Positions 47,336 to 47,862 of a stretch of DNA of 47,862 bases are shown here, piece by piece. This DNA is from a phage. The notes under the pieces are model-generated. The model was given only the letters and a program-made list of their open reading frames with translations. It did no database searches and was not told the DNA's origin. Position 1 is the stretch's first letter. Each line of letters starts with the position of its first letter. The position numbers were made by a program, and so were the translations under genes. The stretch lies in sequence record OZ346152.1; one strand, written 5' to 3'.

Positions 47336-47862
47336 ATGGCTAAAAACGTTGAGCCTGCTGTAAAGGCATTAAATTTCAAAGAGTTATACAATAAAACTTA
47401 TGGCGATATTGTTACGCTAAACAACCGCCACAAGTACACGCCGGAACAGGTTTTTGATATGGCGATCCGCTATTTCACTTGGGCCGAAGAGAATCACATT
47501 CAGGCGGCTGAAACTGCTTCCTTTCAGGGTGACGTGTACGAGAGCAGAGTTTACAAGCCTCGCGTTTTCACGGTAAACGGATTCAGCTTGTATCTCGGCG
47601 TGACTGAGGCGGCTGTAAGCAAATGGCGTAAAGAGCCTGGATTCTGCGATGTGATGGAGTTTGTTGATAAAGTAATTTACGAGCAAAAATTCCAGCTTGC
47701 GGCAAATAACATGATTAACGCTGGATTTATCGGTAAAGAGATCGGAGTAGAGAAGCCAGCAACAGTGAGCGTTGAAGCGAGCGCGGCAGCTAATGCAAGC
47801 ATTGACGCAGTAACTGCCGATGAGGTGAAAGAGGCTGTGATTGATATTCTGGAGCAACTTTA
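47336..47862 (+). CDS. terS: terminase small subunit (putative; 3' end at the window edge)
   Basis: ATG with AAGGAGGA RBS; 175 codons run to the last base; the final 'ta' plus window base 1 'a' would give a TAA overlapping the terL ATG on a circular map; absent from the track because no in-window stop. Confidence 0.5.
   Translation, partial: MAKNVEPAVKALNFKELYNKTYGDIVTLNNRHKYTPEQVFDMAIRYFTWAEENHIQAAETASFQGDVYESRVYKPRVFTVNGFSLYLGVTEAAVSKWRKEPGFCDVMEFVDKVIYEQKFQLAANNMINAGFIGKEIGVEKPATVSVEASAAANASIDAVTADEVKEAVIDILEQL

Noticed and set aside
47417-47857. Track ORF 47417..47857 (-), 146 aa
   Set aside because: It is antisense to the terS-like ORF, which has a strong RBS, a promoter and terminator context, and the expected position upstream of terL.

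Overview
This window reads as an essentially complete genome of a T1-like siphovirus (Drexlerviridae-type architecture) of an enterobacterial host. It opens at the ATG of the large terminase, and the small-terminase ORF at the far end runs to the last base; its final two bases 'ta' plus window base 1 'a' would form a TAA stop overlapping the terL ATG, which is what a circularly permuted genome linearised at terL would show. Layout: terL, portal, head morphogenesis, scaffold, two paralogous structural proteins, major capsid, head-tail joining genes (1-9.2 kb); major tail protein, tail chaperone with a -1 frameshift site, tape measure, M/L/K/I-like tail-tip genes and a 1209-aa J-like central fibre (9.2-19.5 kb); a leftward three-gene locus ending in a lipoprotein (19.5-20.7 kb); rightward nuclease / annealing protein / SSB (21.2-23.5 kb); a leftward side tail fibre, primase and an HTH protein (23.5-27.4 kb); rightward SF2 helicase, VRR-NUC, Dam-type methyltransferase, an HTH-metallophosphoesterase and a pinholin / SAR-endolysin / unimolecular-spanin lysis cassette (27.5-33.9 kb); a leftward early block with a P-loop ATPase, a C5-cytosine-methyltransferase-like gene and many small ORFs (34-40.8 kb); and a rightward early block with a HAD phosphatase, a dNMP-kinase-like protein, small ORFs and terS (41.4-47.9 kb). 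No integrase or repressor is visible, so a lytic lifestyle is inferred. The most striking signal is a ~20-bp box (consensus ATAGCACTTTTTGTTAAAAC) present about 17 times; in 13 copies it is followed after exactly 18 nt by a -10-like hexamer pointing into the next gene, and at least eight genes end with a TAG stop that is part of the box. Several start codons were moved from the six-frame track (which uses TTG/GTG) to a downstream ATG with a Shine-Dalgarno, and eight ORFs below the track's 60-aa cutoff were added. All functional calls are from motif-level reading without database searches.
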